Part shown: positions 1 to 10,284 of the stretch, in pieces
Numbering within the stretch: the stretch's first letter is position 1
Layout: every line of letters starts with the position of its first letter
From: Candidatus Saccharimonadota bacterium
Lineage (GTDB): Bacteria > Patescibacteriota > Saccharimonadia > Saccharimonadales > SZUA-47
NCBI GenBank assembly: GCA_043727115.1
Contig: JAYSZA010000007.1
Coordinates: forward strand, 1 to 41,796
DNA: 41,796 bases
Reading direction: 5' to 3'
Notes under the pieces: generated by a model
Seen by the model: only the letters and a program-made list of their open reading frames with translations
Database searches by the model: none
Told to the model about the DNA's origin: nothing
Position numbers and translations under genes: made by a program

Positions 1-524
1 CCTATAATTACGAGGAGCGTGGGATGAGAGTTCTTCTGGTGAAAGCTAAAGTAGACAGCAAGGGCAGCAGCAAAATAGTTTCCAGATTAGGCGTCGAGAG
101 AAAAGCGGATTTTCTAGCTGATGAAAAGCTAAATTTATACGATGCGGTGTGTCAATGGAATAAAGATGTAGAAAAGATTTCTTGCGTACTTGTAGACGAG
201 TCGCAATTTCTAGACACAGTTCACGTAGAACAGCTATTCAACCTAACTGTCTACGATAACATACCTGTGATTTGTTACGGACTACGAACCGACTTTCAGA
301 CTAATCTATTCCCGGGCAGCAACCGATTATTTTCGCTAGCTCATTCAATTGAAGAACTCAAGACTATCTGTAGATGTGGCAGAAAGGCCCTTATGAATGG
401 CAGAAAAGCAAACGGAAAATTTATATTCGAGGGCTCACAAGTTGCAATAGACGGCGCACTTGATATCACATACGAAAGTCTGTGTGGTTCGTGCTATTTT
501 GAAGAACTTAGTAATTCTAAATAA
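1..524 (+). CDS. tdk: Thymidine kinase (5' end lies outside the window)
   Basis: The frame is open from the window edge (YNYEERGMRVLL). Motifs LVDESQF, YGLRTDF, ELKTICRCG and YESLC match type II thymidine kinases. The N-terminal P-loop is missing because of the truncation. Confidence 0.95.
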   Translation, partial: YNYEERGMRVLLVKAKVDSKGSSKIVSRLGVERKADFLADEKLNLYDAVCQWNKDVEKISCVLVDESQFLDTVHVEQLFNLTVYDNIPVICYGLRTDFQTNLFPGSNRLFSLAHSIEELKTICRCGRKALMNGRKANGKFIFEGSQVAIDGALDITYESLCGSCYFEELSNSK

Positions 525-566
525 CAACAGTTTATACGTAATTATTAAGCTATAATTAATAAAACT

Positions 567-2042
567 ATGGGGAAAGCACTATACCGGGAATACCGGCCGA
601 CTACGCTAGAGACTGTTGTTGGACAGGAACATATAACTAATACTCTGCGCAATGCTATCAACAAAGGTGCAATTAGCCACGCCTACCTACTGACGGGTCC
701 AAAAGGCGTAGGTAAGACGTCGGTAGCTAGAATACTAGCCCACGAGATTAATGGCATTCCATACAGCGATGAATCCGCTCACCTAGATATTATTGAAATT
801 GACGCAGCCAGCAATCGAAAAATCGATGAAATCAGAGACTTAAGAGATAAAGTACACATTGCACCAACAAGTTCAAAATATAAGGTCTATATAATCGACG
901 AAGTTCACATGCTTACACGTGAAGCGTTCAACGCACTTCTTAAAACTCTTGAAGAACCACCGGCACACGTTGTATTTATCCTAGCCACAACAGAATCGCA
1001 TAAAGTACCAGAAACTATCATAAGTCGTACGCAGAGATTTAGTTTCAAACCAATAGGTGCGGAAGCAGTAACGGCGCACCTAAAGACAATTGCCAAAAGT
1101 GAAAAAATTCAAATAGAAGACGAAGCGTTGAAACTTATTGCCGAACACGGTGGCGGAAGTTTCCGCGATAGCATCAGCATGCTCGATCAAATTGCTGGAT
1201 TTTCTCTCGACAAAATTTCTCCTTCCGATATTTCTGCGCTACTCGGGATACCGGACGATTCAGTTTTGGATAATATTATTTCTTCTATAGAAAATAATGA
1301 TACTGATGCGCTTTTCAAAGCCACTCAACAACTTCGAGAGAACGGGGCTAATCCAAGCAAAACTGCTCAGCAGCTAATTAAGGTCTTAAGAGTAGATTTT
1401 GTCGCAGGCAGAGGAGCTATGCCGAGAGATAAATCTGTTAAATTAATGAGAGGATTGTTACCGCTTACTGGAACGAGTGGAACTTTGCAGGCGTTAGAGA
1501 TTACACTACTTGATGCAATCGATTACGAAACTCCGACCATAATGCCAAAACTAACTATTACAAAAAATTCAGAGCTAAAGGCAGAAACATTACCTGAACA
1601 AGTAAAGCCAGCTGAACTTCGTGTAGATAATAAAGTCACTGAGCTAGTTATCGAAATTCCAAACGAAGAGCTAGAACAAGTCTCTGAGGTAGTAGAAACG
1701 AAACAAGAGCCAAATAGTTCGTGGAATGACGTGTTAAAAGTTCTAAAGACAAAACACAATACTTTATATGGTGTGCTTAGAATGGCAGAAACAAAAGTTG
1801 AGGCTGACAAGATTACACTTATTTTTCAGTTTGAATTCCACAAAAAGCAGCTGCACCAGGCAAAAAACTTGGCAACTTTGAGATCAATCGTCGATGAACA
1901 ACTTGGCAAAGGATACAAAATCGATTCAGAAGTTATAAAAAAACTCACAAAAATCCCGACCCCAAAACCTGTCGCATCCACTGATGACAGTTTATCTAGC
2001 GTAAGCAATATCTTTGGTGGTGCAGAGTTGCTAGAATCATAG
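567..2042 (+). CDS. dnaX: DNA polymerase III subunit gamma/tau
   Basis: ALYREYRP, Walker A GPKGVGKTS, EIDAAS, IIDEVHML, NALLKTLEEPP, TIISR. Confidence 0.97.
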   Translation: MGKALYREYRPTTLETVVGQEHITNTLRNAINKGAISHAYLLTGPKGVGKTSVARILAHEINGIPYSDESAHLDIIEIDAASNRKIDEIRDLRDKVHIAPTSSKYKVYIIDEVHMLTREAFNALLKTLEEPPAHVVFILATTESHKVPETIISRTQRFSFKPIGAEAVTAHLKTIAKSEKIQIEDEALKLIAEHGGGSFRDSISMLDQIAGFSLDKISPSDISALLGIPDDSVLDNIISSIENNDTDALFKATQQLRENGANPSKTAQQLIKVLRVDFVAGRGAMPRDKSVKLMRGLLPLTGTSGTLQALEITLLDAIDYETPTIMPKLTITKNSELKAETLPEQVKPAELRVDNKVTELVIEIPNEELEQVSEVVETKQEPNSSWNDVLKVLKTKHNTLYGVLRMAETKVEADKITLIFQFEFHKKQLHQAKNLATLRSIVDEQLGKGYKIDSEVIKKLTKIPTPKPVASTDDSLSSVSNIFGGAELLES

Positions 2043-2055
2043 CAAGGCAAATAAT

Positions 2056-3414
2056 ATGAATCCTCAGCAATACCAACCACCACAGAGCGTAGACGTAGAA
2101 GCCAGTTTACTCGGTGCTGTAATCATTGACCCTGATGCAATCGTAAAAGTTGCTGACATTGTTCGACCAATTGATTTCTATGATGAGCGTCACAGAATGA
2201 TTTACGAAGGTGCATTAAGACTTTACGAACAACAATCACCAATCGATGTGCTGACTCTCAGCGAAGAACTAAAAGCTGAAGGAGTATTAAAAGAAGTTGG
2301 TGGTAGTGGATATTTAACACAGCTTACGAACACAGTTCCGACAGCAACTAACGCCGAACAGTATGCCAGCATTGTTGCTACAAAATCAATCAGAAGACGT
2401 CTTATTAGTGCCAGCAACGAAATTGCACAGATTGGACATGATGAGAAACGCTCGATTGCTGAGCTAGTAGAAGAGGCTGAAGCAAAATTATTTGAAGTCA
2501 GTCAACGCCATGTGGGCAACGACATTGCTAGTATGGAATCTATACTGGCGGATAGTTTCGACAGGCTAGATAGTCTACACAAAGACAAGGGGACAATCAG
2601 AGGTGTCTCAACTGGCTACAAAGACCTGGACGGTAAGCTGGCTGGTTTTCAAAAAAGTGATTTGATTATTCTTGCGGCACGCCCTTCTATGGGTAAGACT
2701 GCAATGGCCTTGAACTTGGCCCAGAACGTAGCTATAAAAGCCGAAAAACCCGTTCTGCTATTTTCACTTGAAATGAGTAAAGAGCAGCTAGTTGATCGTA
2801 TGTTGGCATCAGAAGCGGGTGTAAACTCTTGGAACTTACGTACAGGAAATTTATCTGATAGTGACTTTGAAAAAATTGGTCACGCAATGGGCTCGTTGTC
2901 TGAGGCACAAATGTTTATAGACGATACTCCTGGACTAACAGTTAGTGATTTGCGTACAAAAGCCCGCCGCGAAGCACATAAAAGAGATTTAGGATTAATT
3001 ATTGTAGACTACTTGCAGTTAATGAGTGGTGGTTCGAAGTTTAAAACTGACGGAAACCGTGTTCAAGAAATTTCCGAAATTTCTCGTGGGCTAAAAAGCG
3101 TCGCTAGAGAATTAAATGTCCCAGTAATCGCCCTCAGCCAATTAAGCCGTTCTGTGGAAAGCCGTAGCCCACAAATACCTCAGCTATCTGATCTTCGTGA
3201 ATCAGGCTCAATTGAGCAAGATGCTGACGTTGTCATGTTCCTATACCGCGACGATTACTACAACCCAGACACCAGTGATAAGCCCAACATTCTGGATATT
3301 TTCATCAGTAAGCACCGTAATGGACCCACCGGAAGAGTTGAAATTTACTTTGACCGTGAACGTCAGAAAATGCTCAATTTAGACACAAAACACGCACCAC
3401 CTTTCGATAAATAA
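2056..3414 (+). CDS. dnaB: Replicative DNA helicase
   Basis: PPQS..E..LLG N-terminus, AARPSMGKT, FSLEMS, IVDYLQLM, LSQLSR, SDLRESGSIEQDAD, KHRNGPTG. Confidence 0.98.
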   Translation: MNPQQYQPPQSVDVEASLLGAVIIDPDAIVKVADIVRPIDFYDERHRMIYEGALRLYEQQSPIDVLTLSEELKAEGVLKEVGGSGYLTQLTNTVPTATNAEQYASIVATKSIRRRLISASNEIAQIGHDEKRSIAELVEEAEAKLFEVSQRHVGNDIASMESILADSFDRLDSLHKDKGTIRGVSTGYKDLDGKLAGFQKSDLIILAARPSMGKTAMALNLAQNVAIKAEKPVLLFSLEMSKEQLVDRMLASEAGVNSWNLRTGNLSDSDFEKIGHAMGSLSEAQMFIDDTPGLTVSDLRTKARREAHKRDLGLIIVDYLQLMSGGSKFKTDGNRVQEISEISRGLKSVARELNVPVIALSQLSRSVESRSPQIPQLSDLRESGSIEQDADVVMFLYRDDYYNPDTSDKPNILDIFISKHRNGPTGRVEIYFDRERQKMLNLDTKHAPPFDK

Positions 3415-3435
3415 TCTGTTATACTTGTATTCAAG

Positions 3436-4650
3436 GTGAAGATAAAACTACAAAAGTCTTTGGTTAGTTTTTGGGGATGGGCAAGAAATTTTTTCTGGCG
3501 CCGCTCTACAATTTACGGCATTATTCTACTGGCTTTGCTTGCAGCGATTGTATCGCAGTTATCTGTACTACCAAACAAATTCTCTAGTGCTGAAATAGAT
3601 TACGCTACACAGTCACGGAGCTACACATCAATAGGCCAAGATCCTCTCTCGCTTCCACACAAGCTTTCAACATACACGGTTACAAAATTTACCGATTCTG
3701 CTCGATGGGTAAGAGCAATTAGCATAGTTTTCTTTGGGTTCTGTGTCGTTGCATTATATAGAATTCTAAAGCGTTGGCACAGTGACCAAATTGCCTTGTT
3801 TAGCACGGCCCTCTTTGCTACTAACGCCACAGCTCTAGCGATAGGAAGGCTCGGAACTCCACTTGTGTTGCTATTTGGCTGGTCGATAATTATTTCGTTG
3901 TTGCTGTGGATACAGCATGGTTATTCCCGTAGAATTGCACCATTCTTCTTGGTTGTGTTTTCTGCGGCATTGTTGTATGTTCCTGGAGCACCGTATTTCT
4001 TCGTCTTGCTTGCTTTATTGTTTGGCAAAAAATTGCTAAAAACCGTATCGGAGCTTAAACGTTCAACTATTGTGGTTGCTATTCTTGCCGCTACGTTTGT
4101 CCTGTTGCCGCTTGTCCTGAGTTTCATTGGAAATATTTCAGTACTTAAGGTATGGTTGCTGCTCCCGGATACTATTGAAATTAAATCGATTTTAGTGAAC
4201 ATATTAAGGGTCCCTTCGGCATTTATTTATAGAAGCCCTGTTGACCCACTATTAAATGTTGGCAGGCTACCTATTCTTGATGTTGCATCTGGCGGATTTT
4301 TCTTGATAGGCGTATACGCATACCAACGCCACATCAAACTTGAGCGAACAAGAATAATGATTCTTACAGCCATTTTAAGTGTGATTATTGGTGCACTAGG
4401 ACAAGTTGCTATCGCTTCAGCAATTCTACTACCCTTTGTTTACAGCGTAGTCGGTGCGGGTATAAGTTTTGTGCTAGATGAGTGGTATTCCGTTTTCCCT
4501 AAAAATCCCTTTGCTCGTAGCTTTGGATTACTTTTAGTTACTCTAGTTGTATTAATGAGCGCATATTACCAGCTAACCAGGTTTTTGGTTGTTTGGCCGC
4601 AGACTCCGGAAACACGTGCCGTTTATACGCAGTCTAGTCTGATACAATAG
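3436..4650 (+). CDS. Multi-pass membrane protein, probably GT-C fold (PMT/ArnT-like) glycosyltransferase-related
   Basis: About 10 hydrophobic segments. The pattern of E after TM1, then P and 'RAISIVFFG..V.ALY', resembles PMT_2-type proteins. Family assigned by eye only. Confidence 0.55.
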   Translation: MKIKLQKSLVSFWGWARNFFWRRSTIYGIILLALLAAIVSQLSVLPNKFSSAEIDYATQSRSYTSIGQDPLSLPHKLSTYTVTKFTDSARWVRAISIVFFGFCVVALYRILKRWHSDQIALFSTALFATNATALAIGRLGTPLVLLFGWSIIISLLLWIQHGYSRRIAPFFLVVFSAALLYVPGAPYFFVLLALLFGKKLLKTVSELKRSTIVVAILAATFVLLPLVLSFIGNISVLKVWLLLPDTIEIKSILVNILRVPSAFIYRSPVDPLLNVGRLPILDVASGGFFLIGVYAYQRHIKLERTRIMILTAILSVIIGALGQVAIASAILLPFVYSVVGAGISFVLDEWYSVFPKNPFARSFGLLLVTLVVLMSAYYQLTRFLVVWPQTPETRAVYTQSSLIQ

Positions 4651-4672
4651 AGGCACATAGAAGGAGAGAAAA

Positions 4673-4966
4673 ATGAGTAAGTTTGACCAAGCAAAAATGT
4701 TAATGCAAATGCGTAAAGTTCAGAAGGAATTACAGAAAGAAATTGTTAGAGCAGAGGCCGGCGACGGGGCAGTTATAGTTGAAGTTAACGGTGAAATGAA
4801 AATCAAAAACATCACTATTGACCCTGAATCAGTAGATTTGGACGATATTGGACAGCTTGAAAACTGGCTTGAAGAAGCAGTGAAAGCTGCAATTGCACAA
4901 AGTCAAAAATTGGCTGCAGAAAAAATGCAACCCATGATGGGCGGCCTTGGTAGCCTAGGGCTATAG
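4673..4966 (+). CDS. ybaB: YbaB/EbfC nucleoid-associated protein
   Basis: 97 aa, AGDGAVIVEVNGE..I..I.ID, lies directly upstream of recR, AGGAG SD. Confidence 0.93.
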   Translation: MSKFDQAKMLMQMRKVQKELQKEIVRAEAGDGAVIVEVNGEMKIKNITIDPESVDLDDIGQLENWLEEAVKAAIAQSQKLAAEKMQPMMGGLGSLGL

Positions 4967-5017
4967 ACTTCAAATTAATTATTTATTGTTCATACTTTTA
5001 AATACAAATATTACTTT

Positions 5018-5623
5018 ATGAGAGCATTTCCAAAAGCACTAGAAGATTTGATTGAAGCGCTAGGACAACTTCCTGGCGTTGGGCCACGCACAGCCGAGCG
5101 TTACGCTTACTATTTGCTCAAGAACGATTCTAATAAAAGCAAAAAAATCGCTGATTCATTAGTGAACCTACACTCTGGCGTCAAACAATGTCCCGTAACC
5201 TACGCACTAATAGATTCAGACGAAGATGTTTCTCGGTTATATTCTGATGAAAAACGTGACAAGAAAATCGTTGCACTCGTCGCAGAGCCATTCGATATAA
5301 TTGCTCTAGAAAAAACTACTCTTTATAACGGAACCTATCATGTTCTTGGAGGTCTGATATCACCACTTGACGGGATAGGTCCAGAACAATTACACATACC
5401 CGAACTTATTAAAAGAATAGTTGAAGATGAAGTAACAGAGATCATACTTGCTACCAATGCTAGTGTAGAGGGTGAAACGACTGCACTGTACGTTCAGCAA
5501 CAGCTTAGTGAATATAAAGTTAATATTACTCGTCTGGCCAGAGGGCTACCTATTGGCGTTGATTTAGAATATGCCGACCAGATTACGCTCGGGAGAGCAC
5601 TTGAGGGCAGACAGAAGCTCTAA
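5018..5623 (+). CDS. recR: Recombination mediator RecR
   Basis: LPGVGPRTAER HhH, YHVLGGLISPLDGIGPE, EIILATNASVEGETTA, TRLARGLPIG..LEY.D..TL. Confidence 0.97.
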   Translation: MRAFPKALEDLIEALGQLPGVGPRTAERYAYYLLKNDSNKSKKIADSLVNLHSGVKQCPVTYALIDSDEDVSRLYSDEKRDKKIVALVAEPFDIIALEKTTLYNGTYHVLGGLISPLDGIGPEQLHIPELIKRIVEDEVTEIILATNASVEGETTALYVQQQLSEYKVNITRLARGLPIGVDLEYADQITLGRALEGRQKL

Positions 5624-5655
5624 GCCAGAACTTTTGATGTTATACTATCTTTAAG

Positions 5656-6660
5656 ATGAGCAAATATAAACAGGCCGGTGAAATTATCGAATCTGCGAAT
5701 CATATCGTAGTGCTACAAGCAGATAATCCAGACGGTGATTCACTTGGAAGCGCGCTTGCGCTGGAAGCTATACTGTCTGAAATGGGCAAAAAAGTAACTA
5801 TGGTGTGCGCAATAGATATGCCGGCTCATCTACGTTATCTATCTGGCTGGGATAGGATAGTTAAGCAAGTACCGCAATCATTTGATGCCAGCATAGTAGT
5901 TGATACAAGCACCGAAACTCTATTTGACACTGGTAAAACAAACCGTGGTTTTGAATGGATAAAAACCAAGCCCGTTGTCGTTATAGACCACCACGTTGAC
6001 AGTGGAGGCTTATCATTTGCAACAGTAAGTTTAGTTGAACCAGTTGTTGCTACCAGTGAACTTATACACACAATTGCTCTTGAACTAGGCTGGCCTCTAC
6101 CTGTAGATGCCTGCGAGATGCTTGCAACTTCAATAATGTCCGACAGTCTGGGACTTACCACCGCTTCAACAACTCCATCTAGTTTCCGTGTGATGGCAGA
6201 TCTAGTAGAGCGTGGTGTGGATTTAGCTAAATTAGATACAGCACGTAGAGAACTCATGAAAAAGGAGCCTAAGCTTATCCCTTACAAAGGACAACTTTTG
6301 CAAAGAGTTACATTTGAGGGTGACGGTAGAATCGCATCTATAGTAATACCTTGGAAAGAAATAGAAGAATTTAGCTCACTATATAATCCAACTATGCTTG
6401 TAATAGATGATATGCGCATGACCGTTGGCGTTGAGATTGCAATTGGCTACAAAGTATATTCGGATGGTAAAATTACAGGAAAAATCCGTTGCAACTACGG
6501 AAGCGCTATTGCTAACGACTTGGCTTCGCAGTTTGGTGGGGGCGGGCATCCATACGCGGCAGGCTTCAAGATTTTAGACAAAACCCCGCTAGAGCAGGTC
6601 AAAGCATCCGTCCAAAATGCTGCAATAAAACTGCTTGATGACTTAAAGGAAAATAGATGA
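5656..6660 (+). CDS. DHH/DHHA1 phosphoesterase (NrnA-like nanoRNase/pAp phosphatase)
   Basis: NPDGDSLGS, VVDT, IDHH, GGGGHPYAAG. Confidence 0.9.
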   Translation: MSKYKQAGEIIESANHIVVLQADNPDGDSLGSALALEAILSEMGKKVTMVCAIDMPAHLRYLSGWDRIVKQVPQSFDASIVVDTSTETLFDTGKTNRGFEWIKTKPVVVIDHHVDSGGLSFATVSLVEPVVATSELIHTIALELGWPLPVDACEMLATSIMSDSLGLTTASTTPSSFRVMADLVERGVDLAKLDTARRELMKKEPKLIPYKGQLLQRVTFEGDGRIASIVIPWKEIEEFSSLYNPTMLVIDDMRMTVGVEIAIGYKVYSDGKITGKIRCNYGSAIANDLASQFGGGGHPYAAGFKILDKTPLEQVKASVQNAAIKLLDDLKENR

Positions 6661-8042
6661 AACTTTTTAACTCAATAACAAAAAAACTAGAAGACTTTAC
6701 GGCAATTGACGATAGTGTTGTTGGGCTATATAGCTGTGGCCCAACTGTGTACAGCAATCTCCACATCGGAAACCTTTCTGCATTTATATATGCAGATGTT
6801 CTGCGTAGATCACTAACTGTAAATGGCTACAGAGTTAAGCACGTTATGAACGTAACTGATGTAGATGACAAAACAATTCGTGACAGCAAAGTTGAATTTC
6901 CTGACGAAGAACCAATCAAATCACTAAAGAATCTTACAGACAAATATAGCAAAGTATTCATTGATGACATGAAAGCTACAGGTGTCGACATTGATGCAAT
7001 TACTCTAATATCCGCAGTCGACACAATTCCAGAAATGATTTCACTAACCCAGATACTATTAGACAAAGATATTGCATATATAGCTGATGACGGCGTGTAT
7101 TTTTCTATCACTAAGTACTATCAGAAGGGCCATGCTTACGGCGTACTACAGAAAATAGCAACCCAGCAGTCTAAGGCTAGAGTTGCAAATGATGAATACG
7201 ACAAGGAGTCGGCGAGCGATTTTGCACTTTGGAAGAAAGCAATACCTGGTGAGCCATCTTGGCCAGCAGAGTTTAGCGAAGACAACATGGTTACAAATAT
7301 GCCTGGAAGGCCGGGATGGCATATTGAATGTTCTGCCATGAGCGAAAAATTGCTTGGCGTACCGTTCGATATTCATACCGGTGGTATAGATTTGAAATTC
7401 CCTCATCATGAAAATGAAATCGCACAAACTGTCGGTGCGGGAAACGACGGACTAGCTAATTACTTTGTACACAATAATCACATTTTAGTTGATGGCAAAA
7501 AAATGAGCAAAAGTCTTGGTAACGTATACACTCTGCGTGATGTAGAAGAAAAAGGGTTCAGCGCTTCGGCATTTAGACTTTTGGTTCTAGAGAGCCACTA
7601 CCACAGCGAAAGCAACTTCAGCTGGGAGATACTACAAGCCGCCAACAATCGTTACAAAAATTGGATGTCGATTACAGATACTATGTGGCAGCTACCAGAA
7701 TCTGATGACACTACGCTAATAACAGAGCTAAACGACGCTCTAGCAGACAACATCAATACGCCTCTAGCACTTAAACTGATCGATTCTTATCTTGAATCTG
7801 TTGTGGCCATGAACATGTCCCCAAATAATAAATCACTTGAACACATAGAGCTTGCACTTGGTATAAATCTTAAATCCAAAGACGTTTCGGATAAAATTAA
7901 GGACTTGCTTAAAAAACGCCAAACGGCGCGCTCAGAAAAAAACTGGGAAAAGTCTGATAGCTTAAGAGACGAATTAGTTAAATTGAACATTAATGTACGG
8001 GACGCTAGTACTGGACAAATCTGGTCCAGAATCAATAACTAA
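6657..8042 (+). CDS. cysS: Cysteine--tRNA ligase
   Basis: CGPTVY, HIGN, TDVDDK, DFALWK, GRPGWHIECSAM, FPHHENE, KMSKS. Confidence 0.98.
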   Translation: MKLFNSITKKLEDFTAIDDSVVGLYSCGPTVYSNLHIGNLSAFIYADVLRRSLTVNGYRVKHVMNVTDVDDKTIRDSKVEFPDEEPIKSLKNLTDKYSKVFIDDMKATGVDIDAITLISAVDTIPEMISLTQILLDKDIAYIADDGVYFSITKYYQKGHAYGVLQKIATQQSKARVANDEYDKESASDFALWKKAIPGEPSWPAEFSEDNMVTNMPGRPGWHIECSAMSEKLLGVPFDIHTGGIDLKFPHHENEIAQTVGAGNDGLANYFVHNNHILVDGKKMSKSLGNVYTLRDVEEKGFSASAFRLLVLESHYHSESNFSWEILQAANNRYKNWMSITDTMWQLPESDDTTLITELNDALADNINTPLALKLIDSYLESVVAMNMSPNNKSLEHIELALGINLKSKDVSDKIKDLLKKRQTARSEKNWEKSDSLRDELVKLNINVRDASTGQIWSRINN

Positions 8043-8047
8043 TCGGT

Positions 8048-9136
8048 TCATTTCTCGTCTTTCGTTAGCTCTTTGCGAGTGACGTAATCGTCAAATAGTA
8101 CTTTCAAACAACCTGCAACAGGGATAGCAACAATTGCTCCCATAATTCCACCAAATCCAATACCTAATATTGCCGACACGAAAACTATTAAAGGGGTTAA
8201 TTCGTTTGCCCTAGACTGAATATACGGCTGTACGGTTGCGTTTTCGATTTGCTGGTAAATCACAAAGTAAACGAGCATCGTTAGGGCAAGCGGCACGCTA
8301 GCAAACAAACTGAATAATACAATTATTGCAGAACTTATTATTACACCGATTGTCGGAATTAGACTAAACACAAATACAATTCCGCCGAATGCGATAGGAT
8401 TAATACCGCTAACATCAAACAAAGTAGTTGTTATGAACAGGGCAATTACAGCAAACAAAGCTCCGATGGCTGCGACGAGAACTTGACCGTTCACATAGCT
8501 CGTAACTACTCCGTACATCTTGTGTGCGATTTTTTTGCTGTGTTCTCGCTTTTCTTTTGGATATTGACTCCAGAAGACACCAAGCCATTTAGGGCCCTCA
8601 GCCAGCATCATGAATGTAAGAATCAAAACAGTCACAATAGATACTAAGTTAGAAACTACTCTACCGGCGGTCGTGACTGCTTGGTCAGTAACCTTTGAAG
8701 TGTCTTTGCTCCAGTCGTTTGCAAGTTCCAGAATTTGCTCTTCCAGATTATTGCTCCTGACAAAATTGCCAACAGCTCCTTCATCTTCTTTCAAATCTCT
8801 GAGTATTTGCGGAACTTCTTGCACAAAATCTGTTGTTTGTGTAACGAGAGGTGGCACGATTAATGAAAAGAATCCAATTAGTACCGTTATAACGCAAACG
8901 TACGCTATTGAAGTTGCTCTTGCACGGCTTCTGTTTTTTAATTTACTTGCAAGGTAGGCTACTGCAGGGTTTAGCGCCAAAGCCAAGAAAAAAGAAACGA
9001 ATATTAATGTTAGCGGATGTTGAATACTCTCAAAAAATCTGATGACTAAACCTGCACCAATCACAATCGCAATTATTCTAACAATCGTGCGATTTGAGAT
9101 CGTAATTTCTTGGGCTTGGTGATTTCTTCTAAACAT
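8048..9136 (-). CDS. AI-2E family (PerM-like) transporter
   Basis: LALALNP, IPTIG, YQQIEN..VQP, GIMGAIVAIP motifs; multi-pass membrane profile. Confidence 0.9.
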   Translation of the reverse strand: MFRRNHQAQEITISNRTIVRIIAIVIGAGLVIRFFESIQHPLTLIFVSFFLALALNPAVAYLASKLKNRSRARATSIAYVCVITVLIGFFSLIVPPLVTQTTDFVQEVPQILRDLKEDEGAVGNFVRSNNLEEQILELANDWSKDTSKVTDQAVTTAGRVVSNLVSIVTVLILTFMMLAEGPKWLGVFWSQYPKEKREHSKKIAHKMYGVVTSYVNGQVLVAAIGALFAVIALFITTTLFDVSGINPIAFGGIVFVFSLIPTIGVIISSAIIVLFSLFASVPLALTMLVYFVIYQQIENATVQPYIQSRANELTPLIVFVSAILGIGFGGIMGAIVAIPVAGCLKVLFDDYVTRKELTKDEK

Positions 9137-9180
9137 ACTAGTTATTATGTCGCTCTACACTCGTATGTGCAAGCCCTCTC

Positions 9181-10278
9181 TTAAGCCTTTGAGTAGTAAT
9201 CCTCCAGAATATCAACTATTACTTTGATATCGTACTGTTTGGATGCAGCGTGCTGTTTAGAGCCAATGTCACTACGTTGTTTATCATTAAGTAGAAATTC
9301 TTCTAGCTTGCGAGAGAATGAGTCCACATCAGATGGGTTAAACATAGATTTAGGCCAGGGAGCAAGCACTGACTTGTATCCAGGGTTATTACCACCAAGC
9401 GTCACACCACTTCCTGCCGACATTGCCTCTGTTAGTACTATCCCGAAGCTTTCGCCGCTTATAGACGGAAACACGGCAATATCTGCATCACTTAGATACT
9501 GAGCCTTCTCCAAGTCGCTAACAAATCCAGGAAAATTTATATCAACTTTGAGTTTATTAGCCAATATTTTCATTTCCTCAAGCATCGGGCCTTTTCCACA
9601 CATTGTAAGTTCACTAGTATCAATCAGCTCGGTTGGTAATTTGCTGTATGCTTCAACTAATTGTTTCACTCCTTTTCGTTGTTCAAAGCGTCCAACGAAA
9701 ACTATCTGCTTCTTGGAGTGTGTATTTCGGCTAAAACCATTATAAAAACTATAATCGACTGGATTAGCTAATACTGTACCCGAACTTATACCAAAACCAC
9801 TTTTCATAAATTGATTCGCTGGTTCAGAAACTGCAAAGGAGTGACTGAGTAGCTTCTTGTTTTTTGCGAGCGCAAAACCCAATAATTTTGTACCTAAACT
9901 TGCCATGATGCTGTATGGCAAAATATGGAATGTACCAATTTTTTTAACATTTTTGGGTGCCATACTTAATACTCTGGCAGCAAAAAGTGGGCTATATGGC
10001 ATCTGAACATGCAAAACATCAAAATTGACTTCAGAGAACAGGGCATTTACTTTTTTTCTAGAGACAAGCACGGGGGTACGTACAGAATTGCCGTTAAAAG
10101 CCACGCTCAGATATTTAGTTAAACTATGCACATTATTAATATCTATTCGATTTGTTTGCGTGACAATATAATGTACATTGTGACCTCTGCCAGATAGCTC
10201 TTTGCCTATAGCGATTACAGCTTGCTGGACTCCATCAGACCTGTCTAGTGTGTCATCGAGAAGTAATCCTATAGTCAT
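9181..10278 (-). CDS. GT4 glycosyltransferase, PimA-like
   Basis: DGVQ, HVQMP, GTFH, FVGRFEQRKG, GESFGIVLTEAM. Confidence 0.9.
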   Translation of the reverse strand: MTIGLLLDDTLDRSDGVQQAVIAIGKELSGRGHNVHYIVTQTNRIDINNVHSLTKYLSVAFNGNSVRTPVLVSRKKVNALFSEVNFDVLHVQMPYSPLFAARVLSMAPKNVKKIGTFHILPYSIMASLGTKLLGFALAKNKKLLSHSFAVSEPANQFMKSGFGISSGTVLANPVDYSFYNGFSRNTHSKKQIVFVGRFEQRKGVKQLVEAYSKLPTELIDTSELTMCGKGPMLEEMKILANKLKVDINFPGFVSDLEKAQYLSDADIAVFPSISGESFGIVLTEAMSAGSGVTLGGNNPGYKSVLAPWPKSMFNPSDVDSFSRKLEEFLLNDKQRSDIGSKQHAASKQYDIKVIVDILEDYYSKA

Positions 10279-10284
10279 TTTAGG

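Noticed and set aside
1500-2042. Programmed -1 frameshift in dnaX
   Set aside because: A-runs exist, but I saw no A AAA AAG slippery site with a downstream hairpin at the domain III boundary.
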